Of a DNA stretch of 64,000 nt, positions 50,787 to 60,274 are shown piece after piece (the stretch's first letter is position 1; the number at the start of each line of letters is the position of its first letter). The position numbers and the translations under genes are program-made. This stretch comes from an uncultured Gammaproteobacteria bacterium (lineage in GTDB: Bacteria; Patescibacteriota; Microgenomatia; CAZTEW01): NCBI GenBank assembly GCA_964612215.1, contig CAZTEW010000001.1, positions 12,432 through 76,431 on the forward strand. Direction: 5' to 3'. The notes under the pieces were generated by a model. That model was not told the origin of the DNA. It saw only the letters and a program-made list of their open reading frames with translations, and ran no database searches.

Positions 50787-51554
50787 TTAACTGGCTAACC
50801 AACCACCATCAACATAAATCACTGTTCCGGTGATATAATCAGCTTCGTCTGAGGCCAGAAAAGCGGCCGCCGCGCCAATATCCGCTGGCTTGCCGGTCCG
50901 GCCCTTCAGGATTCTGGTCATTAAGCCCTGTTTGGTTTTTTCATCCGCCAGCATGTCTTTAGTCATATCGCTTTCAATCACGCCCGGGCCAATGGCGTTA
51001 ACATTAATGCCTTTTTTCGCTAAATCAACCGCCATGTTTTCCGTAAGAGCGACGACGCCGCCCTTGGAAGCGGTGTAATGAGAAATATTGCTGAAACCAA
51101 CACCCACTCCGCCGGAAGCAATCGAGGCGATATTGATAATTTTACTGCCGGCAGTCATCAATTTGACCGCTTCCTGAGAGCAAAGAAACTGGCCTTTAAG
51201 ATTAACGGCCATCAGTTGATCCCACTGCTCTTCGGTTAACTCCTCAAACGGCGCAAACTGGAGAATACCGGCGTTGTTAACCAGGATGTCTAATTTAGCC
51301 CATTTTTCTTTGATGCCGGCGAACATTTTTCTGACGGCTTCTGAACTAGACACATCCGCCTGGAGACTAAAACTTTCCCGGCCCATTTGTTTAATCTGGC
51401 TGACGACTGCTTCAGCGGCTTCGGCCTGGGAATGGTAATTAATCGCCACGGCTGCACCCTGAGTTGCCAAGGCCAAGACAATTCCCTTGCCGATACCCCG
51501 GGAGCCGCCGGTGACTAAAGCTTTCTTGCCGCTTAAATCAAACATTTTTTTCAT
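50787..51554 (-). CDS. short-chain dehydrogenase/reductase (FabG-like)
   Basis: TGGSRGIG, NNAG, YTASK, PG. Confidence 0.9.
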   Translation of the reverse strand: MKKMFDLSGKKALVTGGSRGIGKGIVLALATQGAAVAINYHSQAEAAEAVVSQIKQMGRESFSLQADVSSSEAVRKMFAGIKEKWAKLDILVNNAGILQFAPFEELTEEQWDQLMAVNLKGQFLCSQEAVKLMTAGSKIINIASIASGGVGVGFSNISHYTASKGGVVALTENMAVDLAKKGINVNAIGPGVIESDMTKDMLADEKTKQGLMTRILKGRTGKPADIGAAAAFLASDEADYITGTVIYVDGGWLAS

Positions 51555-52551
51555 TGCCAATCTGAATAACAGTTTCAATTAATCTTTGGCTGGTTGCCCA
51601 TTCATTGTCATACCAGGCAATAATTTTGGCAAAATTATTGCCAATCACCTGGGTTCTTTCCAAGTCCACAATGGCCGAATGGGGATTGGCGATAATGTCA
51701 GAAGAAACCAATGGTTCTTGAGTAGTCGTCAGGATATTTTTCAAATCAGATTGAGAGGCTTGAAGAAAAGCACGATTAATGGCGTCGGCGTCAGTTTCTT
51801 TTTCCAGGATGACTGCCAAATCAAGCAAAGAACCGGTGATTACCGGTACGCGGACAGCCAAACCATCAAGTTTACCTTTGAGCTGGGGAATGGCCTTGGC
51901 CACCGCTTGGATAGCGCCGGTAGAAGTAGGAATAATATTCTGGCCAGCGGCCCGAGCTCGTCTAAGGTCTTGACGAGAGCTGTCTTGAAGATTTTGATCG
52001 CCGGTATAAGCATGAACCGTCGTCAGAAAAGCTTTGTTTATCCCGAAGTTTTCCAAAATGACTTTTAAAACCGGCGCGGCGCAATTAGTGGTGCAGGAGC
52101 CACCATCAATGATTTCTTCGCCTTGATATTGATCTAGATTAACCCCGACGAGATAGGTTGGAATTTTCTCATCTTTGGTCGGCGCCGAAATCAGGACTTT
52201 TTTAGCACCGGCCTGAAGATGGCCGTTAACGCCGGCTTGATCGCGGAAAACCCCAGTCGCTTCTAAAACCACATCAATGTCATATTGCCGCCAGGGTAAT
52301 TTAGCTGGCTCCCGCTCGCCAGAAAGAGGGATTTTCTGCTGGCCAATCATTAAATGGTTTTGATCACTGGTAACTTCTTTTTGATAAGGTCCGTAAGCCG
52401 TGTCATATTTAAAAAGATGAGCCCAGCCGGCGGCTTCCATGCTGCCAGAAGTATTAATGGCCGCCACCTTGATTTCTTGAGGATGCTCTAGGGCAATTCT
52501 GAAACTGACGCGGCCAATACGGCCAAAGCCATTAATCGCTAACTTCACCAT
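51538..52551 (-). CDS. gap: type I glyceraldehyde-3-phosphate dehydrogenase
   Basis: INGFGRIGR, SCTTNC, IIPTSTGA, WYDNE; start inferred at MVKLAI. Confidence 0.95.
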   Translation of the reverse strand: MVKLAINGFGRIGRVSFRIALEHPQEIKVAAINTSGSMEAAGWAHLFKYDTAYGPYQKEVTSDQNHLMIGQQKIPLSGEREPAKLPWRQYDIDVVLEATGVFRDQAGVNGHLQAGAKKVLISAPTKDEKIPTYLVGVNLDQYQGEEIIDGGSCTTNCAAPVLKVILENFGINKAFLTTVHAYTGDQNLQDSSRQDLRRARAAGQNIIPTSTGAIQAVAKAIPQLKGKLDGLAVRVPVITGSLLDLAVILEKETDADAINRAFLQASQSDLKNILTTTQEPLVSSDIIANPHSAIVDLERTQVIGNNFAKIIAWYDNEWATSQRLIETVIQIGNEKNV

Positions 52552-52578
52552 CGCTTGACTAGCATAACACAAGGGATA

Positions 52579-52607
52579 TTGACTGATCAACCGTTTTTTG
52601 GTAATAT
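52579..52607 (+). promoter_or_regulatory. nusA promoter
   Basis: TTGACT-17 nt-TAATAT. Confidence 0.6.
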
Positions 52608-52627
52608 CAAGCCAGGAGTAGAGAAAG

Positions 52628-52654
52628 AGGTGGGAGACAGAACCCACCTTTTTT
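52628..52654 (+). promoter_or_regulatory. nusA leader hairpin/attenuator
   Basis: AGGTGGG-8 nt-CCCACCT + T run ending 6 nt before the ATG. Confidence 0.7.
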
Positions 52655-52660
52655 AAAAAT

Positions 52661-53704
52661 ATGGCAGTTATTAGTGCGAGAACAGAATTTGCCAGCGCCC
52701 TGAATCAGATTTGCGCGGAAAGGGGCATAGAATTAAAAGCGGCTCTAGAATCAATTGAAGCCGCGATTTTAGCCGCTTTTAAGAAAGATTTTGGTTTGGA
52801 AGAGGACTGGGAATACAGTGTCCAATTAGACAAAAATACCGGTCATGCCAAGATTTTCCGGTACTCCGAAGTAAAACCAGAAGACAGGAAAGAAGTAACG
52901 CCGCGGGGTTTTGGCAGAATTGCTGCTCAAACCGCCAAGCAGGTGATTCTGCAAAAAATTCGCGAAGCGGAAAAAAGCGCCATCCTTGATGAATACAAAA
53001 CCAGAATTGATACTTTGGTTAACGGCCGGATTCTCCGCTTTGACGGAGCCAACATCATCTGTGATATTGGTCGCGGGCAGGGCGTGATGTTGCCGGAAGG
53101 CCAGGTGAAAAGCGAGAATTACCGGCCTAACCAGCGCTTGACTTTTTATATTGTCAAGATTGGTGAAACCGAAACTGGGGAACAAGTGATTGTTTCTCGG
53201 GCTGACGAGCGTTTAGTCACCAGTCTCTTTCGCCGAGAAGTGCCGGAAATTGCCTCCGGAGCCGCAGAAATCAAGGCGATTGCCCGGGAAGCCGGTAATC
53301 GGACTAAAATTGCTGTTTTTTCCAATAAACCTGGAGTTGATCCGGTGGGTTCCTGTGTCGGCCAAAAAGGAGTTAGGGTTCAGGCAGTGATTGATGAAAT
53401 TAACAACGAGAAAATCGATGTTATCCAATGGTACGGAGACCCGGCGAAGTTCATTGCCGCCAGCCTGGCGCCGGCAGAAAAAGCCAAAGTTGAACTAAAT
53501 GAGAAAAAGAAGACGGCTTTGGTAACGATTAGCGAGAATCAGCTTTCCTTGGCGATTGGTAAAGAAGGCCAAAATGCCCGCTTAGCCGCTAAGCTGACCG
53601 GCTGGAAAATTGATGTGAAGCCTTCCTCTGTTAAAACTAAAAGAGAGGAGAAACCCCACTCCGCTAAAGCTCCGTTAGGGGTTAAAAAAAGTGAGGCCAA
53701 GTGA
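52661..53704 (+). CDS. nusA: transcription termination/antitermination factor NusA
   Basis: FGRIAAQTAKQVILQ, EVPEI, AREAGNRTKIAV, SLAIGKEGQNARLAA. Confidence 0.97.
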   Translation: MAVISARTEFASALNQICAERGIELKAALESIEAAILAAFKKDFGLEEDWEYSVQLDKNTGHAKIFRYSEVKPEDRKEVTPRGFGRIAAQTAKQVILQKIREAEKSAILDEYKTRIDTLVNGRILRFDGANIICDIGRGQGVMLPEGQVKSENYRPNQRLTFYIVKIGETETGEQVIVSRADERLVTSLFRREVPEIASGAAEIKAIAREAGNRTKIAVFSNKPGVDPVGSCVGQKGVRVQAVIDEINNEKIDVIQWYGDPAKFIAASLAPAEKAKVELNEKKKTALVTISENQLSLAIGKEGQNARLAAKLTGWKIDVKPSSVKTKREEKPHSAKAPLGVKKSEAK

Positions 53705-55131
53705 AAAAACCACCGGTTGTGGCCATTCTCGGTCATATTGATCATGGCAAAACCAGCTTGCTTTCAAAAATCAGAGCTCAGGATTTAACCAAAAAAGAAT
53801 CAGGCGGGATTACTCAGCATATTGGTGCTTATCAGGTAAAGCACCAAGGCCAGACGATTACTTTCATTGATACTCCAGGTCACGTTGCCTTTGCCAAGAT
53901 GCGGGCTCGGGGAGCACAAGTGACTGATTTGGTGATTTTAGTGATTGCGGCTGATGATGGCATCATGCCCCAGACCAAAGAATCTTTGGCGCATATTCGG
54001 GCCGCCAAAACGCCATTCTTGGTGGCGATTAATAAGGTTGATCTAGCGGCAGCCGGACCGCAAAAAGTCAAAGAACAGCTTCAGAAAGAAGGGATTTTAG
54101 TCGAGGATTTAGGCGGCGACGTTGTGGCTGTTGAGGTTTCGGCTAAAACAGGCCAGGGAATTAACGAGCTTTTGGAATTAATCCTTCTTTCCGTGGAGAT
54201 GCAGGAGAAAAAGGTTGATCCGGCAGCTCGTCTGAGAGCCGTCGTGATTGAATCGACGCTTGATCATCGCCGTGGTCCAGTGGCTAGCCTGCTGGTCCAG
54301 GATGGAATTTTGCGCCTCGGCGATGAACTGAAATCAGGCCGGATTGAAGGCAAGGTGAAAGCGATGTTTAACGAAGACGGCCAGAAAATCACTGCGGCCG
54401 GCCCGAGCCAGCCGGCTGAAGTGCTGGGATTTAAGGAAGTACCGCCGGTAGGCAGTCTGGTGAGAAAAGCGCTGGATCCAGCCGCGCTTCAAGATCACTT
54501 TTTCTCAGCGAACGAAGACCGGCTACAGCCAGATCAGACAGCAGTGGAGAAAAAACTTAAAATCATCCTGAAAGCTGATGTTCAAGGCACCCTAGAAGCG
54601 ATTAGCAGCAGTCTGCCGGCTGAAGTTGAGATTGTTGTCGGTTCAGTCGGTTTAGTGACCGAATCTGACGTTCTTTTGGCTGAGACGACGAAGGCGGAAA
54701 TCTTTGGTTTTCGGATTAAAGTGTCGACTAGCGTCGCTAAGCTGGCGAAAACAGAAGCAGTGAAGATCCAAAACTTCAACCTTATTTATGAATTGCTGGC
54801 TGAGATTAACAGGAGAATGATCGAACCAGAGAGAGTTGAAGAAATCCTTGGCCGAGCGGAAATCGTAGCAGAGTTTCAATATAACCAGACAAAAGTGGCT
54901 GGTTGTCGGCTGAAAGAAGGGAAAATCAGAAAGAGCGATTTAGTGCGTCTGCAGCGGGGCAAAGTCATCGTGGCTGAGACCAGAATCAAATCGATGAAAT
55001 ATAAAAAAGAAGACATTGAGCTGGCTAAAGAAGGCCAGGAATTCGGGGTGATTTTCAAATCCGAGCTTGACTTTCAAGCAGGAGATAGTGTATTATCGGT
55101 CGTGTTTCCGAGAAATGAATCAAAATCTTGA
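53701..55131 (+). CDS. infB: translation initiation factor IF-2 (short, no N-terminal domain)
   Basis: GHIDHGKT, GGITQHIGA, DTPGH, NKVD. Confidence 0.95.
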   Translation: MKKPPVVAILGHIDHGKTSLLSKIRAQDLTKKESGGITQHIGAYQVKHQGQTITFIDTPGHVAFAKMRARGAQVTDLVILVIAADDGIMPQTKESLAHIRAAKTPFLVAINKVDLAAAGPQKVKEQLQKEGILVEDLGGDVVAVEVSAKTGQGINELLELILLSVEMQEKKVDPAARLRAVVIESTLDHRRGPVASLLVQDGILRLGDELKSGRIEGKVKAMFNEDGQKITAAGPSQPAEVLGFKEVPPVGSLVRKALDPAALQDHFFSANEDRLQPDQTAVEKKLKIILKADVQGTLEAISSSLPAEVEIVVGSVGLVTESDVLLAETTKAEIFGFRIKVSTSVAKLAKTEAVKIQNFNLIYELLAEINRRMIEPERVEEILGRAEIVAEFQYNQTKVAGCRLKEGKIRKSDLVRLQRGKVIVAETRIKSMKYKKEDIELAKEGQEFGVIFKSELDFQAGDSVLSVVFPRNESKS

Positions 55132-55969
55132 CCTGGCTTCATTATCATCTTTACTCAGTTCCAGTCAAAGCGCCCTGGTGGTTTTGCCGCCAAGTTCAGG
55201 CTTCGACAGAATTGCCGCCTCTTTGGCTCTTTATTTGGCTCTGAAAAAGGCTGGTAAAAAAGCCGGCATTGCTTGTTCGCAAGCGATGACGGTTCAGTTT
55301 TCTCAGCTAATCGGCGTCGACAAGATTACCGATAAAATCGGCCAACGGGATTTGGTGATTTCTTTTGATTATAAGCAAGATTTGATTGAGAAAGTCAGCT
55401 ACAACATTGAGGATGACAAGTTTAATCTGGTTATTCAGCCCAAGGCCGGTTTTCCGGCGCTTGATCCGAAAACGGTTGCCTATTCTTCCTCAGGTACAGA
55501 CGCGGATTTAATTTTCGTCGTCGGCAGTCAGAAGCTGGAAGATTTAGGTGAACTCTATCAGCAAAATAAGTCTTTTTATCAAAGCGCCGCCGTGGTTAAT
55601 ATTGATCGTCAGGCCGGCAACAGCCAATTCGGCAAAGTCAACTTGGTTGTTTCTCAGGCGGCGGCGGACAGCGAATTAGTGGCGCTGATTTTGAAAGGAT
55701 TAAAACTGGCGATTGATGAAGATATCGTCACCAATCTCTATCTCGGGCTGCAATCAGCCACCGGGAATTTCCAGGCCGCTGAAGTGTTGGCTGATACCTT
55801 TGAGGCGGCGGCTTGGCTCTTGCGTAGCGGTGCCAGGCATTCTCAGTCAACGGCCGTGAAACCAGAACCCCAGCCTGATTCTCAGACTGAGATGGAAAAG
55901 GAAGATGCGGCGGCAGCGTCACCTGACTGGCTTTCACCAAAAATCTACAAAAGTACGAGCAGGGTTTGA
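55115..55969 (+). CDS. DHH/NrnA-like phosphoesterase-fold protein (degenerate motifs)
   Basis: VNIDRQ in place of IDHH, SELV, LYLGL-x-x-ATGNF; usual position after infB. Confidence 0.65.
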   Translation: MNQNLDLASLSSLLSSSQSALVVLPPSSGFDRIAASLALYLALKKAGKKAGIACSQAMTVQFSQLIGVDKITDKIGQRDLVISFDYKQDLIEKVSYNIEDDKFNLVIQPKAGFPALDPKTVAYSSSGTDADLIFVVGSQKLEDLGELYQQNKSFYQSAAVVNIDRQAGNSQFGKVNLVVSQAAADSELVALILKGLKLAIDEDIVTNLYLGLQSATGNFQAAEVLADTFEAAAWLLRSGARHSQSTAVKPEPQPDSQTEMEKEDAAAASPDWLSPKIYKSTSRV

Positions 55970-56017
55970 CGGTAGAGGAACTTCGGAGTAAAATAGATAA
56001 ATCAATTAAGATAAATT

Positions 56018-56287
56018 ATGGCGAAGAAGCTTTCGGAGAAACAGAAGATTATCAAGAAGTTTGCTACCAAAAAAGGTGATACTGGTTCGCCTGAAGTTCA
56101 AGTAGCGCTTTTGAGCCAGCAAATCAAAAATTTAACCAAGCATTTAAAAGAACATAAAAAAGACACTCATTCTCGCCGTGGCCTGTTAACCATGGTGAGC
56201 AAGCGCCGCCGCCTTCTCAACTATCTATCTAAAAAAAGCGAGAAGCGATACCGGGAATTGATTAAGGAACTTAAACTGAAGAAGTAA
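56018..56287 (+). CDS. rpsO: 30S ribosomal protein S15
   Basis: [23 protein letters not shown]. Confidence 0.97.
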   Translation: MAKKLSEKQKIIKKFATKKGDTGSPEVQVALLSQQIKNLTKHLKEHKKDTHSRRGLLTMVSKRRRLLNYLSKKSEKRYRELIKELKLKK

Positions 56288-58488
56288 TGGCGATTAAGCA
56301 AAAGAAACTAGAAATTGGCGGCAGGGAATTAATCTTCGAAACCGGACACTTTGCGGAACAGGCGAACGCGGCCGTTACCTGCTGTTACGGCGGGACGGTG
56401 GTGCTGGCAGCGGTTGTGGCCGCACCGTGCCGGGAAGAAATTGATTATTTTCCGCTTTACGTTGAATATCAGGAAAAGCTTTATGCTGGCGGCAAGATTA
56501 AAGGCAGTCGCTGGGTCAAGCGCGAAGGCCGACCTTCTGATGAGGCGATTTTAACGGCGCGTTTAATTGATCGCAGTCTCCGGCCGCTCTTCCCTAAAGA
56601 CTATAAGAATGAGGTTCAGGTGGTGGTGACAGTGCTTTCCGTGGACGGCGAAAACGATCCGGAAATTCCCGGTATTTTAGCCGCCTCGGCCGCCCTGGCG
56701 ATTAGCGATATTCCTTGGGACGGACCAGTGGGGGCGATTCGGGTGGGCAATAAAACCAGCACTTTTTTTGCTAACCCGACTTATGGCGACTTAGATTTTT
56801 CTGACATGAATATTATCGCTGCCGCGACCGAAGATAGCTTAATTATGCTTGAGGGTGAAGCGCGCGAGGTCAGTCGCGAACTGGTGACCCAAGCCTTAGA
56901 ATTCAGCCATCAAGAGATTAAAAAAATAGTGAAGGCGATTAAGGAGTTTCAGAAAGAAGCCGGTCGGAAAAAACAGGCGCTGAAGCCGGCAATCGTTGAT
57001 CAAAAAATAAAACAGGCGGTGCAGAAAGAAATTAAAGCCCACTTCGAAAGCTTCAGGGACGGCACGGTGGATTTTGATGAATTTAAAGCCGCCTTAGCGG
57101 AGAAAATGGCAGATAAAAAAGCCGCCATCTTTGCCGAGGAGCTGTTTTTTGAAGCAATACGAGAGGAAATCTTAACCAAAAAAATTCGTTTTGACGGTCG
57201 CAAAGCTGATGAAATCCGGAAAATTACCATTGAAACCGGCATTTTGCCCCGAACCCATGGCTCAGCAATGTTCAAAAGAGGCAAAACTCAAGCTCTGACG
57301 ATTACCACGCTCGGGTCGCCTTCCCTGGAGCAGTTGGTTGAATCAATGACCGGCGAGGAAACGAAAAGATATATGCATCATTATTATATGCCGCCTTATT
57401 CGGTGGGCGAAACCGGCCGTTTCGGCTGGCCATCCAGAAGAGAAGTGGGTCATGGTACCCTGGCTGAGCGCGCTCTGGAACCGGTTTTACCGAGCGAAGA
57501 AGAATTTCCCTATACGATTCGGGTTGTTTCCGAACTGATGTCTTCGAACGGTTCAACTTCCATGGCTTCGGTTTGCGGTTCGACTCTTTCTTTAATGGAC
57601 GCCGGCGTGCCCATCAAGAAACCAGTGGCGGGTATTGCTTTGGGATTGATTAAGAATGAAAAAAGCCATGTGGTTCTCACTGACATTTCAGGCTTAGAAG
57701 ATCACTGCGGCGATATGGATTGTAAAATCGCCGGCAGTCAAGACGGCATCACCGCTCTTCAGATGGATGTTAAGTCGCCGCTGCCATTGAATTTAATCGA
57801 AGAAATTTTCGAACAGGCCGATCAAGGCCGGGCTTTCATTTTGGAGAAAATGATTAAGGCAATGCCCAAATCCAGAACCGCAATTTCTCAATACGCCCCC
57901 AAAGTTGCTGTCATTAAAATAGAGGCAGAGAAAATCGGTGAAGTCATTGGCCCCGGCGGCCGTATGATTAGGCAGATCATCAGCGAGACAGGAGCGGCGG
58001 TTGACGTTAAAGATAGCGGCGAAGTGACAATTTCTGGTCCTCAGGAAGGCGTGAAAAAGGCCAGCGAATGGGTGAAAAATCTGGTTCGGGAAGTCAAGAT
58101 CGGCGAAACTTTTAGCGCTGAAGTGAAACGCATCCAGCCTTTCGGCGCTTTTGTGGAAATTCTACCTGGCAAAGAAGGTTTGGTGCATGTTTCCAAAATG
58201 GCCAACCGTTTTATTAAAGATCCCAGCGAAGTGGTAAGTCTTGGCGATAAAGTCCAGGTGAAAGTGGTAGAAATTGACGAGCGCAAAAGGATTAATCTTT
58301 CCATGATTTTAGATGAGAAGCCGGGTGAGCGTCATTTTTCCGGCCGAGGAGATCAACAGCGCCGGCCGTTTCCGCAAAATCGCTCCCGCTATCCTTCTCG
58401 CCAGTCCTCCCGTTCTGGAGACAGACCGCCTTTCCGTTCCCAGCGTTTTCCACGACCCCGTTCAGACTTCCGCTCCCGGGAAAGATAA
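56287..58488 (+). CDS. pnp: polyribonucleotide nucleotidyltransferase
   Basis: RLIDRSLRPLF, HGSAMFKRGKTQ, SNGSTSMAS, KH and S1 domains. Confidence 0.97.
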   Translation: MAIKQKKLEIGGRELIFETGHFAEQANAAVTCCYGGTVVLAAVVAAPCREEIDYFPLYVEYQEKLYAGGKIKGSRWVKREGRPSDEAILTARLIDRSLRPLFPKDYKNEVQVVVTVLSVDGENDPEIPGILAASAALAISDIPWDGPVGAIRVGNKTSTFFANPTYGDLDFSDMNIIAAATEDSLIMLEGEAREVSRELVTQALEFSHQEIKKIVKAIKEFQKEAGRKKQALKPAIVDQKIKQAVQKEIKAHFESFRDGTVDFDEFKAALAEKMADKKAAIFAEELFFEAIREEILTKKIRFDGRKADEIRKITIETGILPRTHGSAMFKRGKTQALTITTLGSPSLEQLVESMTGEETKRYMHHYYMPPYSVGETGRFGWPSRREVGHGTLAERALEPVLPSEEEFPYTIRVVSELMSSNGSTSMASVCGSTLSLMDAGVPIKKPVAGIALGLIKNEKSHVVLTDISGLEDHCGDMDCKIAGSQDGITALQMDVKSPLPLNLIEEIFEQADQGRAFILEKMIKAMPKSRTAISQYAPKVAVIKIEAEKIGEVIGPGGRMIRQIISETGAAVDVKDSGEVTISGPQEGVKKASEWVKNLVREVKIGETFSAEVKRIQPFGAFVEILPGKEGLVHVSKMANRFIKDPSEVVSLGDKVQVKVVEIDERKRINLSMILDEKPGERHFSGRGDQQRRPFPQNRSRYPSRQSSRSGDRPPFRSQRFPRPRSDFRSRER

Positions 58489-58499
58489 GCAAGTCATTC

Positions 58500-58527
58500 T
58501 TGACAGGTTATATAAATCTTATATAAT
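58500..58527 (+). promoter_or_regulatory. promoter of toxin-antitoxin pair
   Basis: TTGACA-16 nt-TATAAT. Confidence 0.7.
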
Positions 58528-58536
58528 AGACTTACT

Positions 58537-58785
58537 ATGCAGACGCAGATGATTAATTTTATGATTCCCAGCGAACTGCTTCGACAGGTAGATAGTTTGG
58601 CAGCAAGAGAATTCCGCAGTCGTTCTGAATTGCTGCGCGAGGCGGCTCATTGCTATCTGAAGAGGCAAGAAGCGCGAAGAAAACTCTTTGCTTCTATTAG
58701 AAAGACAGCTGCTAGGCTTGATCTTTCTGAAGAAGAAGCAATGAATCTGGCTGAAAAGGCGAAGCTTTGGGCGAGAGGCAAGTGA
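58537..58785 (+). CDS. ribbon-helix-helix (CopG-like) antitoxin
   Basis: INFMIPSELLRQVD...SRSELLREA. Confidence 0.8.
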   Translation: MQTQMINFMIPSELLRQVDSLAAREFRSRSELLREAAHCYLKRQEARRKLFASIRKTAARLDLSEEEAMNLAEKAKLWARGK

Positions 58786-59231
58786 GGGTTGTTTTTGACG
58801 CTAATATCTATATTAGTTTTTTCTTAACTCGAGGGCCGACAATTACTTCGATTTTTTCTTACTGGGAGAAAGATTGTTTTAGTGTTTTGATTTCCCCAAT
58901 CATTATTGAAGAAATCGAAACCGCATTTCAGTATTCAAGGATAAAAGAAAGGTTAAAGGCGAAAGACTTTCTCAATCTTTATTTGCTTCTAGAAGAGGCA
59001 GAAATGATTTATCCGCATTCAAAAGTGGGAATTATTAAAGACCTAAAAGACAATATGTATCTGGAATGCGCTCAGGACGGCAGCGCTGATTATTTAATTA
59101 CCGGCGATAAAAAACACCTTTTGCCATTAAAAAAATTCGGCAGAACCAAAATTATTTCACCACGAGAATTTGTGGCAGAAATCGGTCGTGATTGTCGTGA
59201 TATAATGAAAACATGCCCAATGAGCTTCTGA
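58782..59231 (+). CDS. PIN-domain toxin (VapC-like, PIN_3 type)
   Basis: VVFDANIYIS, DLKDNMYLECA, ADYLITGDKKHLL; GTGA overlap with antitoxin. Confidence 0.85.
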   Translation: MRVVFDANIYISFFLTRGPTITSIFSYWEKDCFSVLISPIIIEEIETAFQYSRIKERLKAKDFLNLYLLLEEAEMIYPHSKVGIIKDLKDNMYLECAQDGSADYLITGDKKHLLPLKKFGRTKIISPREFVAEIGRDCRDIMKTCPMSF

Positions 59232-60274
59232 TTGAAATTCAGAAATTAAGAGAAAAAATTAAAAAAGCCGAATTGCCAGCCGGATTGCTAGAAAAGACAG
59301 CCGCAATGGTGGCGCGTCTGAACCGAGTGACTAAATTCGCTGGTTATTCAACGGAGTACGAACGGATGAGCCGCTATCTTGATTGGGTGACGGCTCTTCC
59401 CTGGCACCAGCGAACTGAAGACATCCTTGATCTGGAAAAAGCCAAAGCAGTTCTTGACAAGAGCCACTATGATTTAGATGAGATTAAAGAAAGAATTCTG
59501 GAGCACTTGGCCGTTTTGAATTTGCGGCGCCAGCGATCAGCCGGCAAAGACCGGCCGCCAGCTTTGCGAGCGCCGATTCTTTGTTTAGTGGGTTTAGTGG
59601 GGACGGGTAAAACCAGCTTGGGTGCTGCCATCGCTGAGGCGATGGGGAGGAAATTTATCAGAATTCCTTTCGGCGGCATGGGTTCAGCTTTGGAGTTGCG
59701 GGGTCAATCCCGGCTTCACCCGGAATCTGAACCAGGCCAAGTGATTAAGGCCCTGCGGCGCTGCGGCAGTAAAAATCCGGTCTTGCTTTTAGATGAAATT
59801 GACCGAGTGGCAGAAGAGACCAGAAGCGATATCATGGGCGTCCTGATCGAGCTTCTGGATCCAGAACAAAATCTGGCTTTCAGCGACTATTTTGTTGATT
59901 ACCCGTTTGATTTGTCAGAAGTTCTTTTTGTGGCTACCGCCAACAACACCACTAACATTTCAGCGCCGGTGCTGGACCGGCTCGAACCATTGTCAATGCC
60001 TTCATATTCTGACGGAGAAAAAATTATTATCGGCCGCGATTATGTTTTGCCTCAGGTTTTAGCGGAAACCGGCTTAACCAAAGCAGACTTGAAGATCGAC
60101 GACGCTGTCTGGCCGCAGATTGTCCGGCCCTTGGGCTATGATGCCGGTATTCGGACCCTGGAGCGAACGATTAAAAGGATTTGCCGGAAAGCGGCGAAAA
60201 TGATTGTCCAGAAAAAAGGTCAAGAATTTCAAATCACCACCGAAAATATTAAAGAATATTTATCCCAATGGTAA
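59213..60274 (+). CDS. Lon-type AAA+ ATPase module lacking protease domain
   Basis: YLDWVTALPW, LDKSHY, GLVGTGKTS, LLDEID, LLDPEQN, PFDLSEV; ends at NIKEYL. Confidence 0.85.
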   Translation: MPNELLIEIQKLREKIKKAELPAGLLEKTAAMVARLNRVTKFAGYSTEYERMSRYLDWVTALPWHQRTEDILDLEKAKAVLDKSHYDLDEIKERILEHLAVLNLRRQRSAGKDRPPALRAPILCLVGLVGTGKTSLGAAIAEAMGRKFIRIPFGGMGSALELRGQSRLHPESEPGQVIKALRRCGSKNPVLLLDEIDRVAEETRSDIMGVLIELLDPEQNLAFSDYFVDYPFDLSEVLFVATANNTTNISAPVLDRLEPLSMPSYSDGEKIIIGRDYVLPQVLAETGLTKADLKIDDAVWPQIVRPLGYDAGIRTLERTIKRICRKAAKMIVQKKGQEFQITTENIKEYLSQW

